Assembly (NCBI GenBank): GCA_038867615.1
Contig: JAWBYA010000003.1
Location: 1 to 64,000, forward strand
Direction of reading: 5' to 3'
DNA length: 64,000 bases
From: Sulfolobales archaeon
GTDB taxonomy: Archaea; Thermoproteota; Thermoprotei_A; Sulfolobales; AG1
Under the pieces are notes generated by a model. It worked only from the letters and a program-made list of their open reading frames with translations. It was not told where the DNA came from and searched no databases. Numbering within the stretch: the first letter of the stretch is position 1; every line of letters starts with the position of its first letter. Of the stretch, positions 10,776-20,237 are shown in pieces. The translations under genes and the position numbers were made by a program.

Positions 10776-11298
10776 CTTATGGAGACCTCTCCTACTCTCA
10801 GACCTCTCCTCACACAGGATCAAAACCCTATCTTTTCTATGAGGCTTGCAAAGCACGCGCAACGCCCGTGTATTTTTACTAGGGGAGTTGATATCCATAG
10901 ATCTAGCCGATTAATATGTTGGCATGAGAGCTGAAATCTATTATGTGAATTTTTATGACACAGGTATGTGGTGAGTATATACCCAAGCCGGTAAACATCC
11001 AAAACATGTGAGCCTATATCTATAAAACGACGATGATCCAACAGAACCCACAGAAGAATAGAAATAAGGTATTTAGATATTTAGATCGGATCTCTTCTTA
11101 TCTACCTCCCGCCCACTCGGATCTTTATCTTTACCCCCATTGTTGGGCGAACGTCCCATAGAATAATAATGCTTGTTCCATTATTCCCACAGAATCACGA
11201 ACTTAATACCAATTCATATAGATCATCACGAAACCCGAAACAGCTGGCTACGACTATTTTGGATTTAAAACACTCCCGAGGATGGGTGTTGATGACTG

Positions 11299-12897
11299 CT
11301 ACCTACCTATCAGCTGGCTTACCAGCGTCTTTTCAGACCTTTTCTTCTCTTCGTCTATTGATAATAATATCTCGTTGTAACTCTCTATCTCTTCTTCGAT
11401 CTTTGAAGCTTTCCACTTAGCATATTCTATAAACGCCTTCAACAATAGTCTTACCATAGCATACTTAGGCCCCTTCATATAGAACCTCTCTATAATATCC
11501 TGCCCCCAGTATATAGAATGCCATAGAGCCCTCCTCATAGCCTCTATATGGGCTCTCGTAAGCTTTAACCCCTTAATGCCCGACTTCTTATCTGACTTCA
11601 GAGCCCCCATTGGAACAAAGATCATTGGGACGACAATGCTCCTATACTTCCTTATCCTATCAAGAAGCTCCACAGTCTTCCATACATCATCCTCTATCTC
11701 CCCTGGAAGCCCCAGAATGAAGGTTGCAGCAGGAATGATTCTCAGATCATGCATGATGGCAAAAGCCTCCTCAGCAACTTCGGGGTATTCTTCAACTCTG
11801 AATGGGGAAGCTTTTGCCGGCATTATTATCTTAGCAAGCCTGGGCGATCCTGTCTCAAGCCCTACCTCAACCCCTATATATTCCTGCTCGCTTTTTGAGA
11901 ATATTATATCCATCAGCTTTGTCATCAGCTTATACCTTCTCTCAGCAACAACAACGGCTGCCAGTGATGCATGGCTCCATGCTATTGTCTTATAGTGCTT
12001 GAGAGCCATATTATGCAGCTTGATCAACGGCTCGGGCTCCGGTATAACTCCCTGAGAACCATATAGAAGGACATCATCGCTATGGAGGATCCCGTGTACT
12101 ATTCCGTGCCTCACATTAACCATGATCTCCCTCTCGATTTTTTCGAGGGGATAGTGTCTCAGGGTCTTCAGAGTGACAGAACAGAAACTACACCCCCTTG
12201 GACACCCCCTCATGATCTCGACAAGCCCATTGATACTAGGATATCTTATCTCAGGTATCTCCTCGATCTCCGGCGCCATATTAGCGCCAACAAATATATA
12301 GTTAGGAACCTCCCTACCCTCAATGAGATCTCTTACTACTGGCGTGATCACCCTCTCAGCTTCTCCATCAATAACAACATCAACACCGAATTCCTTCCAC
12401 AAATCCGGCTCCCAGAACCACTGCCACGCAGCAGGCCCTCCAGCAACTATCTTGAGACCCTTAGCCTTAGCTCTTCTAATCGATGGCCTGCTCATTAATT
12501 TAATAAAATTCTTCCTATTTACCGGCTCACGGCCTGTTATGAGCCACCACTCAGAGCTCGGGGGTCCGAATGCGAAGTAATCGTGATGACCTACCATGAG
12601 CACCTTGGCTTTATCGATATACCTATCAATATAATCGGGATCTATCACAGCAGCATTAAACCCGCTTTCAAGAAGCTTTGCCTCCACCTTCCTAAGACCG
12701 TAGCTTGCAACCAAGGGCCTGCCATATTTATCAACCTTAGGTTTGGGACAACACAAATACATCCAGAGGAACTCTGGAAGACCAACGCTCGGACTTGTGG
12801 ACATGAATCCTATGAACTCCTTGCCGTGATGATCTGTCATCATAGTCCTGTCTGTAGTGATTATTATATCAAAGCCCGTTTTCCCCATATCGTTCAT
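11299..12897 (-). CDS. B12-binding-domain radical SAM protein
   Basis: IVAGGP, VIDGEAE, EIMRGCPRGCSFC, GLETGS, FILGLPGE. Confidence 0.9.
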   Translation of the reverse strand: MNDMGKTGFDIIITTDRTMMTDHHGKEFIGFMSTSPSVGLPEFLWMYLCCPKPKVDKYGRPLVASYGLRKVEAKLLESGFNAAVIDPDYIDRYIDKAKVLMVGHHDYFAFGPPSSEWWLITGREPVNRKNFIKLMSRPSIRRAKAKGLKIVAGGPAAWQWFWEPDLWKEFGVDVVIDGEAERVITPVVRDLIEGREVPNYIFVGANMAPEIEEIPEIRYPSINGLVEIMRGCPRGCSFCSVTLKTLRHYPLEKIEREIMVNVRHGIVHGILHSDDVLLYGSQGVIPEPEPLIKLHNMALKHYKTIAWSHASLAAVVVAERRYKLMTKLMDIIFSKSEQEYIGVEVGLETGSPRLAKIIMPAKASPFRVEEYPEVAEEAFAIMHDLRIIPAATFILGLPGEIEDDVWKTVELLDRIRKYRSIVVPMIFVPMGALKSDKKSGIKGLKLTRAHIEAMRRALWHSIYWGQDIIERFYMKGPKYAMVRLLLKAFIEYAKWKASKIEEEIESYNEILLSIDEEKKRSEKTLVSQLIGR

Positions 12898-13237
12898 TAA
12901 ACCACCTTCTATCCGTATAGATATGCTATAGACCTTATAAGATTTGACATATTGATTGCTCCTCTGTTTTTAGATCATGGGCTCCTAACAATATATGAAC
13001 ATTAAAAAGATCTAGACACCTTATCCACAGCTGGCTAAACAACAATCCTGGTAAAACACGAGATCCGAGCCATGGGTCTTTAAAGGCTACATATAGATCT
13101 CGATACCATATTTGCTAGGTCACCATATTATAGATTTCTTGATATATCACTCGGCATAGAACCGAGTATGAGTGACTGGCAGATGTATATATATAGCCCT
13201 AAGTTATATATATCCCTAGCTTGGAGGTGAAGAACCA

Positions 13238-13534
13238 GTGGAGTTCTGCCCAAAATGCGGGGGCATAATGATGCCTTCAAGAAAGGGTGATAGCGTGAGT
13301 CTTAAGTGCAGCAAGTGTGGGTATGAAAAGAAGGCATCTGAGGATATGCTTAGAGGGTATACAATCACTAGAGAGACCGATAGAAGCCTTAGGGTTAAGA
13401 CTACATCTAGGATCAGCGAGTCAAGGGGAACCTCGAGAAGCATTGAAGAGCTAGAGCAGGAGAAAGAAGAGTATTATGAGATCTTCCTAGACCTTGTTGA
13501 GAAAGAGGAAGAGCCAGAACAGCCAGAAGAGTAG
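13238..13534 (+). CDS. TFS/RpoM paralogue with N-terminal zinc ribbon only and acidic tail
   Basis: MEFCPKCGGIM...CSKCGY; lacks the C-terminal zinc ribbon and QTRSADE hairpin. Confidence 0.75.
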   Translation: MEFCPKCGGIMMPSRKGDSVSLKCSKCGYEKKASEDMLRGYTITRETDRSLRVKTTSRISESRGTSRSIEELEQEKEEYYEIFLDLVEKEEEPEQPEE

Positions 13535-13543
13535 CTACCCATA

Positions 13544-14788
13544 TTACTCAGAGAAAAACCTATCCAGCGTGGTTTGCGTTCCCGAGTATCTATCAACTCT
13601 GATCAGATCCTTAGCCATTAGCTCCTCTTTCACCAGCGATATAGCCTCAAAGAGGCTCCCTGGTTTATCAGGGCTCCTCATAAACGACCTCCTAACAGTC
13701 TCCCTAATATGCCAATTACCTACAGATGCATAGTAGCGAGGCGTTATCTCCCTAATAACTATTATAGATGCTCTCCTACCCCTTCTATAAAGGCTCTCCA
13801 GCACAGCCAGCCTAGCCGCCTGATAACCACCATCCATATATACCGCTTCTCCTGAAACCCCCTCTCTATTCCTTATAATAATTGGTTTCCTCGCTATACC
13901 TGTGAATATCGTATTTGGATGCCAGATCTCTATCCACTCATAGCTATAAGGTCCTGGATATAGGATCACCCAGAACCTGTTACCTAGATATTCACCCCTA
14001 TATAGCTCCACACTATCAACGCTATCCATGCCCCTTATCTCTCTATGGATCTTCATAGCTATAGTTGTATCAACAGCTGTTATAGCCCATCTAGTCGGGA
14101 CAATCCTCCTGTTCTTTGGGAGACCCAGCAATCCAAACGATAGGGCTCTCTGGATAGCATAGATCGATACTCCCTGTTTATATAATCTCCATATGGCCTC
14201 TGAAGCCTTCAACTCATCATTATAGATCTTCTCAATCTCTCCAGGAACTTTGGGATTACTACCTATATTAACACTCTCGGCAACGGCTATAAGGCCTTGG
14301 GGAGGCGTTCGCGGATCTAGAGGTATAGTAGGGCTTGATAGAGACTTGATCTTAGCCTCAGCATCAACAGGGCGTGAAGAAACCATCGCAAACGGGATCT
14401 CAATCCTATATAGATCTTTATAGTTTCTCGCGTTAACCCTCAGTAGTGCAGAAACCATGCTCGATCTCAATTCAATGATCTCCTCAAGACTCTTATTACC
14501 CCACCAACTTTCAGGCGAATCATAGATAGCGGCATTATCAACACCAACACCTGGTGGTATGCCAACCAACACGGGAACCTCTGGGTAGCCACTCTCACCT
14601 ACCAAACCGCTCGGAGGTGTTGCACCAGAAACGCTAGAACCACGGATCCTCACGTACGCTCTGAAGCGCGAACCGAACCTAACCATCAATGGACACTTGG
14701 GAAGCCCGCATAGTTTTCTATAACCCTTACACTTAACACAGAGAAGAGGCGAGATCTCTTTACCCATATCGGTGAAGTGAATCTCCAT
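13544..14788 (-). CDS. nreA: Nre family DNA repair protein (PCNA-interacting)
   Basis: CVKCKGYRKLCGLPKCP, VPTRWAITAVD, GGYQAARL, VGNWHIRETV; C-terminal PIP motif QTTLDRFF. Confidence 0.9.
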   Translation of the reverse strand: MEIHFTDMGKEISPLLCVKCKGYRKLCGLPKCPLMVRFGSRFRAYVRIRGSSVSGATPPSGLVGESGYPEVPVLVGIPPGVGVDNAAIYDSPESWWGNKSLEEIIELRSSMVSALLRVNARNYKDLYRIEIPFAMVSSRPVDAEAKIKSLSSPTIPLDPRTPPQGLIAVAESVNIGSNPKVPGEIEKIYNDELKASEAIWRLYKQGVSIYAIQRALSFGLLGLPKNRRIVPTRWAITAVDTTIAMKIHREIRGMDSVDSVELYRGEYLGNRFWVILYPGPYSYEWIEIWHPNTIFTGIARKPIIIRNREGVSGEAVYMDGGYQAARLAVLESLYRRGRRASIIVIREITPRYYASVGNWHIRETVRRSFMRSPDKPGSLFEAISLVKEELMAKDLIRVDRYSGTQTTLDRFFSE

Positions 14789-15176
14789 ATGCGTATCTAA
14801 ACCCACCATCATATATAAACTCTGTGAGCAAGCTATATATATGATATGATTGAGGCTACATATGTACAAAATGCAAAGTCGCTAGGTCTAGGCTCTATTT
14901 CAATCATGCCAAGAAACACCAACCATCCTGCTCTCGGCTCTGCTAGTATCAAGATCTCCTCCCACTAGCCCTCTCCTTCACTATCGAGGGAAAAACCCAC
15001 TTTTTAAACCCAGTTGTTTAGGCCTTAAAGTAATATTTATATATTTATATGTGGATAGACATATAGACCAAAGATAAACTTAGAATCTTACGAACCCACA
15101 TCTAATTAACAGCACTAGGTATTGCGCGTCGATTATTTAAGACAAGTTATGTATAGTATATCTGGGCTCGAGGTAT

Positions 15177-15473
15177 TTGGCTACTAAGAAGATCCATTAC
15201 CTTGATATGCTGGGCCTCGCAATCAATGGGCTTTTAAAGACTGTTAAGATGGAGAACTGTACCAGTAAGAACTCAAAGATCCAGAAATCTAAGATAATAG
15301 GTATAACTAACCAGGGGGAAGAGCTAGAGACAGACTGCATAGAGTATCAAAGGATAGTCAGGACATGGATAATAATAAAGCATTATGAGAAGTGGAGTAA
15401 ATATATAGTTATAGAAAGTGGAGAGATAAAGACCGCGGATTTCGACACAGAGCCTAATACCGAAAATCAATAA
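15177..15473 (+). CDS. Hypothetical protein
   Basis: TATA-like TTTAAG and GAGGT SD upstream; native codon usage. Confidence 0.6.
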   Translation: MATKKIHYLDMLGLAINGLLKTVKMENCTSKNSKIQKSKIIGITNQGEELETDCIEYQRIVRTWIIIKHYEKWSKYIVIESGEIKTADFDTEPNTENQ

Positions 15474-15507
15474 AATACCAAGGGATCCAGAGCTAGACTT
15501 GCAAAAC

Positions 15508-16101
15508 TTAGAGCCATGTAACTATGTATCCATAGGTATCTGACCAGTTTTTACCTGAGGCGTAGAGTTCTAGAAATCCTTTCGGATCTATCTCGAAAAT
15601 CTTCCCCCGGTCTACATGTAATATATATATGTGATCAAGCCTGGCCTTCATGATATCGTCAATACTAAGGGGAGGATTTTTATAATAAGCATTGATTATA
15701 TCACTGAGTTGCTTCACCTCTTCAGCACTTCTTTCAGAAGGGTTTTTAAGCAGGACAGGAGGTATTGGGGGTAAATAGTATATGGGGAACGCTAGTATGA
15801 ATTTATCGCTGTAAGCACTATACCTGGCAGCTTTACCAATAATTCTTGCCCTTAGATACTCAACGGGATCTACCGCGTGTTCTGCCGGTGTAAAGCCTGT
15901 CTCGATCTCAACTATGGTCTTGCTACCATTCTTGATAGCCACTACATCTGCAACTAAACCTCCGAGAGGGGATTCAACATCTACATCCTCATAACCCTCC
16001 TCCAATAGGTGGGCTGCTACCAAGATCTCCATTACGCTGTGGTTCACCGATATAGTTCTTCTCTTATTAAGATCATATAGCTTTAATGCAAGATTGATCA
16101 A
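15508..16101 (-). CDS. Conserved archaeal protein, PD-(D/E)XK nuclease-like
   Basis: E...DVDVE...ADVVA...IVEIETG pattern; frame open upstream to 16203. Confidence 0.65.
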   Translation of the reverse strand: MINLALKLYDLNKRRTISVNHSVMEILVAAHLLEEGYEDVDVESPLGGLVADVVAIKNGSKTIVEIETGFTPAEHAVDPVEYLRARIIGKAARYSAYSDKFILAFPIYYLPPIPPVLLKNPSERSAEEVKQLSDIINAYYKNPPLSIDDIMKARLDHIYILHVDRGKIFEIDPKGFLELYASGKNWSDTYGYIVTWL

Positions 16102-16314
16102 ACGGCCTTTATGCTCTTTTGGGATTTTATCGAACTTGCCTGTATATGAGATGAGTGTTAAAAGAAGCCCTTCTTCTATTAGAAAGCCCCTACGATAGTC
16201 TAGTCATACGCAGTATATATTGCATATGTATTGAATGATACCATAGATCCAGGTTGGTTGTTCTGGTAACGAGTCATAGTCCGTGGACTAATTAATGTAA
16301 AATGATCTGCGGTA

Positions 16315-16704
16315 TTACCTTTTAGATCTTTCTTCGTTGAATATCATTATAGCCTTAGCTATATCGCCACCAGCTCTTCTAAGCAGCTCCCTTGCCTCTT
16401 CATAGCTAACACCCGTCTGCTCCATAACAAACGTTATATCCTCTTGGGATATACTGCCAACCCCTGTCTCAACACGAGCCTCAGTATTGCTTGCCTTTTC
16501 ACCCTCCCTGATCTCCTTAATATTGCTTCCTATGATCTGAAAGATCTTTTGGTCTTTTAAAACCATCATGTAGACCTGGGGACCCTCTATCATGATCTCT
16601 CTATCATCGGCCTCTATTAATACAAGCTTAACCCCCTTGAGCTCTTCGATCTTAATACCCATTCTCTTCAACTGCCTCTCAAGATCCCTTGATAATGGAA
16701 ACAT
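16315..16704 (-). CDS. nac: Nascent polypeptide-associated complex protein
   Basis: NAC domain (KRMGIKIEEL...PQV) plus UBA domain (EDITFVMEQTGVS...GDIAKAI). Confidence 0.92.
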   Translation of the reverse strand: MFPLSRDLERQLKRMGIKIEELKGVKLVLIEADDREIMIEGPQVYMMVLKDQKIFQIIGSNIKEIREGEKASNTEARVETGVGSISQEDITFVMEQTGVSYEEARELLRRAGGDIAKAIMIFNEERSKR

Positions 16705-16772
16705 TATTTCTCCCCAAGCTTTATTCTTAGAGAAATATATTAACCCCTAATACTCCAAGTTAATGAAGAATA

Positions 16773-18038
16773 ATGGGTCAGAAGTTACACATTCTCGGCG
16801 CTGGGAGGGAAGTAGGGAGGGCTGCAATAGCTGTTGAGAGAGAGGGTCGATTTATACTTCTTGACTATGGCGTGACCTTTGACGACAACGACATACCAGT
16901 GCTACCGCTAACAATCCCCCCTTCGAGGATTAAGGCCCATATAGTAACCCACTCACATCTAGACCATGTCGGGGCATCCCCGCTCCTCTATATTTCCGCC
17001 GAGCCCAGAGCCTATATGACCCCTATCACACGAGATATATCCAGGCTCATGCTATATGACTTCTTAAAGATATCATCATACTATCTTCCATTCGAAACAG
17101 CCGAGGTGGATCGATTCCTGGGCAGTGTAGAACCTGTAGATTATGGCAGCGAACGAAGCATAGATGGCTTCACAATGCGTTTTAGCGATGCCGGACATAT
17201 ACCAGGATCAATGATGGTTCTTCTAGAAACAGGTGGAAAGAGAATCCTATATACGGGTGATGTCAACACTATTGAAACAAGGCTTGTGGGGCCTGCTGAT
17301 ACTAGTAATATGGATGCTGAGGTGTTGATAATAGAATCGACATACGGTGATATAGATCATGCTGATAGAAGGATTGTTGAGGATAGATTAATAGAGTCGG
17401 TGAAAGAGGTGGTAGAGAACGGAGGAACAGTATTGATCCCTGCATTCAGCTTAAGCAGATCGCAGGAAATACTAGCACTCCTTGCAGAAAGGCTTAGAAA
17501 TATTCCTATAAGCTATGACGGTATGATCAGACCGATAACCGAGATTATGCTTAGATATAAAAAATATATAAGAAGACCTGATGCGCTAGAAGCGGTTGAG
17601 AAGCGGTGCATCCAAGTAGATAGCTGGAGCATGAGGAGAAAGATATGGCGAGAACCAGGCATCATAGTTGCAAGTGCAGGAATGCTGAAAGGAGGACCCG
17701 CACTATACTACCTCAAGAGAATAGCCGATAACAAGAACTCAGCAGTGTTTCTCGTAAGTTATCAAGGAAAAAACACTCCTGGAAGAATGCTGTTAGAGAA
17801 AGGAGTCTTTATGGAAAACGGCCCAAGAGTTGTTGCTAGAATAGAATGGTTTGACTTCTCAGCTCATGCTGGGAGAACAGGCCTCTTATCAATCGTGAAG
17901 AACCTAAAAAGCCTGGAAAAGATCGTAATAATACACACAGACCCCGATGTGGGCGAGGCGTTCGCAGATACTGTTAAGAGAGAAACCGGTATAGATGCCA
18001 TCTTACCTAGAATAGGTGATGTGATAGAGATCCTATAA
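16773..18038 (+). CDS. Metallo-beta-lactamase beta-CASP ribonuclease (aCPSF2-like)
   Basis: GAGREVGR, THSHLDHVG, AGHIPGS, YTGD, ESTYG, FSAHA. Confidence 0.92.
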   Translation: MGQKLHILGAGREVGRAAIAVEREGRFILLDYGVTFDDNDIPVLPLTIPPSRIKAHIVTHSHLDHVGASPLLYISAEPRAYMTPITRDISRLMLYDFLKISSYYLPFETAEVDRFLGSVEPVDYGSERSIDGFTMRFSDAGHIPGSMMVLLETGGKRILYTGDVNTIETRLVGPADTSNMDAEVLIIESTYGDIDHADRRIVEDRLIESVKEVVENGGTVLIPAFSLSRSQEILALLAERLRNIPISYDGMIRPITEIMLRYKKYIRRPDALEAVEKRCIQVDSWSMRRKIWREPGIIVASAGMLKGGPALYYLKRIADNKNSAVFLVSYQGKNTPGRMLLEKGVFMENGPRVVARIEWFDFSAHAGRTGLLSIVKNLKSLEKIVIIHTDPDVGEAFADTVKRETGIDAILPRIGDVIEIL

Positions 18039-18174
18039 CGATCTCCGAATATATGCCTCTACAAGATCAAGGAAGCGGCATAATAAAATACATCAGCCTG
18101 GTGCCACCATCTAGGTTATAAAGCTCTATTAGGCAAAAATATCTAAGCATCTAATCCACGGCACACTTCAATCT

Positions 18175-18918
18175 CTATTTAACCTCTATCAATGCATCAG
18201 CTATGATCCTTGCTACCTCAACGAATCTCTCCTTAAGCACTTCTAACGATGAGAGGACCGAAACCCCTTTAACAAGATTATCACTAGCTACTAACACACA
18301 CGCAGATCTAATGCCCCTAAGCTTAGATATTACGAAGAGCGTAGCACACTCCATCTCAACAGACAGGATCCTCTTGGAAGACCATCTAGAGACAAAGTCC
18401 CCGCTCTCGGCATAGAATGCATCTGAGCTATACACGGTTCCAATCCATATCCTCCCCATCTTATTGGATAAATTCTTATAGATCATATAGGTTAGCTCTA
18501 TATCAGGCGATGCCGGGTAAGCGGTATCATTTCCAATATACATACCAATACCGCCCCCAAGGGGGTATGCCGCGCTATCTGCAATAATCACATCGCCTAT
18601 ATCTATACTATCGATCATAGCGCCAGTGCTACCAAGCCTAACTATATATCTAGCCCCCATCATGTTTAGCTCCTCAAACACTATAGCCGCCGAAGGCCCC
18701 CCTATACCATGGGTAGCTATGGTTATGGGGAAGCCTTTATAGAGTCCTGTGAACACGAGGTACCCTCTATACTCATTAACAAGCCTGGAGTTCTCAAGAA
18801 GGTTCGAAGCGAGAGCCCTAGCCCTCCCCGGATCACCGACCGCTATTACCCTGGGCGCTATCTCCCCCTTATGAGCTATGATATGTGCAGGCTTCCTCTC
18901 GCCCAAGAACACCACCAT
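18175..18918 (-). CDS. Purine nucleoside / MTA phosphorylase (DeoD/Udp fold)
   Basis: GDPGRA, HGIGGPS, SSDAFY, VEMECA. Confidence 0.92.
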   Translation of the reverse strand: MVVFLGERKPAHIIAHKGEIAPRVIAVGDPGRARALASNLLENSRLVNEYRGYLVFTGLYKGFPITIATHGIGGPSAAIVFEELNMMGARYIVRLGSTGAMIDSIDIGDVIIADSAAYPLGGGIGMYIGNDTAYPASPDIELTYMIYKNLSNKMGRIWIGTVYSSDAFYAESGDFVSRWSSKRILSVEMECATLFVISKLRGIRSACVLVASDNLVKGVSVLSSLEVLKERFVEVARIIADALIEVK

Positions 18919-19105
18919 ATGGAATGTTTTTATGGATGATAAATAACCGTGGATCTTATCTCAACGATCAAATAGAGGGAAGAGCTTACGAAACACAGAG
19001 ACCAGATCCGACTGATTCCATAACAAAGCACCAAAGATTCTAGCAATAACATGAAGGGAAGAGCTTATAAGATACACATGGCTTAACCTCTACCTTGGTG
19101 ATCAC

Positions 19106-19354
19106 ATGAGAATAATAACCGTAAAGATCCCCGAGACCTATTTGGAAGGATTGGAGGAGTTAGTCAACATAGGGAGGTATACCTCTAGAAGCGAGGCTAT
19201 AAGAGCCGCTATAAGGGATTTGCTAAAGAAAGAACTATGGGAAATGTCTAGTAACCCCGCCAGCGACCATGATCATGGAGGCGAACCCGAAGAAAACATG
19301 GGGATCAATAAGAGGCTTGATAGGAGCAGCAGAGTGGTGAGACTAACTCTATAG
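19106..19354 (+). CDS. Ribbon-helix-helix regulator (CdrS/aCcr-like)
   Basis: MRIITVKIP...[18 protein letters not shown]. Confidence 0.85.
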   Translation: MRIITVKIPETYLEGLEELVNIGRYTSRSEAIRAAIRDLLKKELWEMSSNPASDHDHGGEPEENMGINKRLDRSSRVVRLTL

Positions 19355-19367
19355 ATAGGCTCGTTAT

Positions 19368-20225
19368 CTATAGTTCCGCGCTGAGGAATCTTTTTCTCTT
19401 AAGCCATGAATACACCTTCTTGATCGCTGAAACATCTCTCCTAAAATCTTTTCTCGAAGCCCCTCTCTTCTCGATCTCGAGAAACGATATGCTCTCCTCA
19501 AACCCCTTGACCTCGTCCTTGATATCACCTTCGGGATCTACTATCATTGTGGGGACTTCAAAGAAATCGCGGCCATTAGAGGATACTATGCCTCCTAAGC
19601 CAACCACATGGATCGAGTTCTCAATAGCCCTAGCTATGAGGAGGTTCCTATATCTCCTAAAATCCTCGCTCAGTCTGAAAAACGACACGATAATCTCAGA
19701 CCCGGCTATAGATAGAGCGTGGGCTATCTCAGGCACTAGTAAATCCTCCTCACACATAAGCCCTATAAGAACACCAACATCGGCGACTACCAACTCGTTC
19801 CCAGATGATATGAGCCCGAAATCCCCGCTACCAAGGACTATCTTTCTATACTTAGCTATAACACCCCTATTAGGCGCTATAAGCACCGAAGTGCTATACA
19901 GCCTTGGACCCGCTCTCTCTATAATGGGGCCAGCAAGAATCATAACTCCTGTCTTCTCGGAATAAAGCCTCAATATATCTGTAGTACCGCCAGGTATTCT
20001 TTCCGCATATGATTTCTTAAAATACTTCCTCGGATCCCCTTCCACGGGGCTTTCTATAACGGGGCCTAGGTGGAACATTGCTGGTAATAATACCAATCTA
20101 GAGCCCTTCTCCTTAGCCATTGTTAGTATCTCGAGGATCCTCTCTAGATTCTTTCTCTTCATCTTATACCTAAGCCTCATGTGGGGGACGGCGATGACTA
20201 TCTTTTCTTTCTTATACTCCCTCAT
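19368..20225 (-). CDS. Carbon-nitrogen hydrolase (nitrilase superfamily), altered triad
   Basis: YRK and GLMCEED present, but LPA in place of the usual LPE/FPE; ARAIEN. Confidence 0.8.
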   Translation of the reverse strand: MREYKKEKIVIAVPHMRLRYKMKRKNLERILEILTMAKEKGSRLVLLPAMFHLGPVIESPVEGDPRKYFKKSYAERIPGGTTDILRLYSEKTGVMILAGPIIERAGPRLYSTSVLIAPNRGVIAKYRKIVLGSGDFGLISSGNELVVADVGVLIGLMCEEDLLVPEIAHALSIAGSEIIVSFFRLSEDFRRYRNLLIARAIENSIHVVGLGGIVSSNGRDFFEVPTMIVDPEGDIKDEVKGFEESISFLEIEKRGASRKDFRRDVSAIKKVYSWLKRKRFLSAEL

Positions 20226-20237
20226 GGATATATCGCC

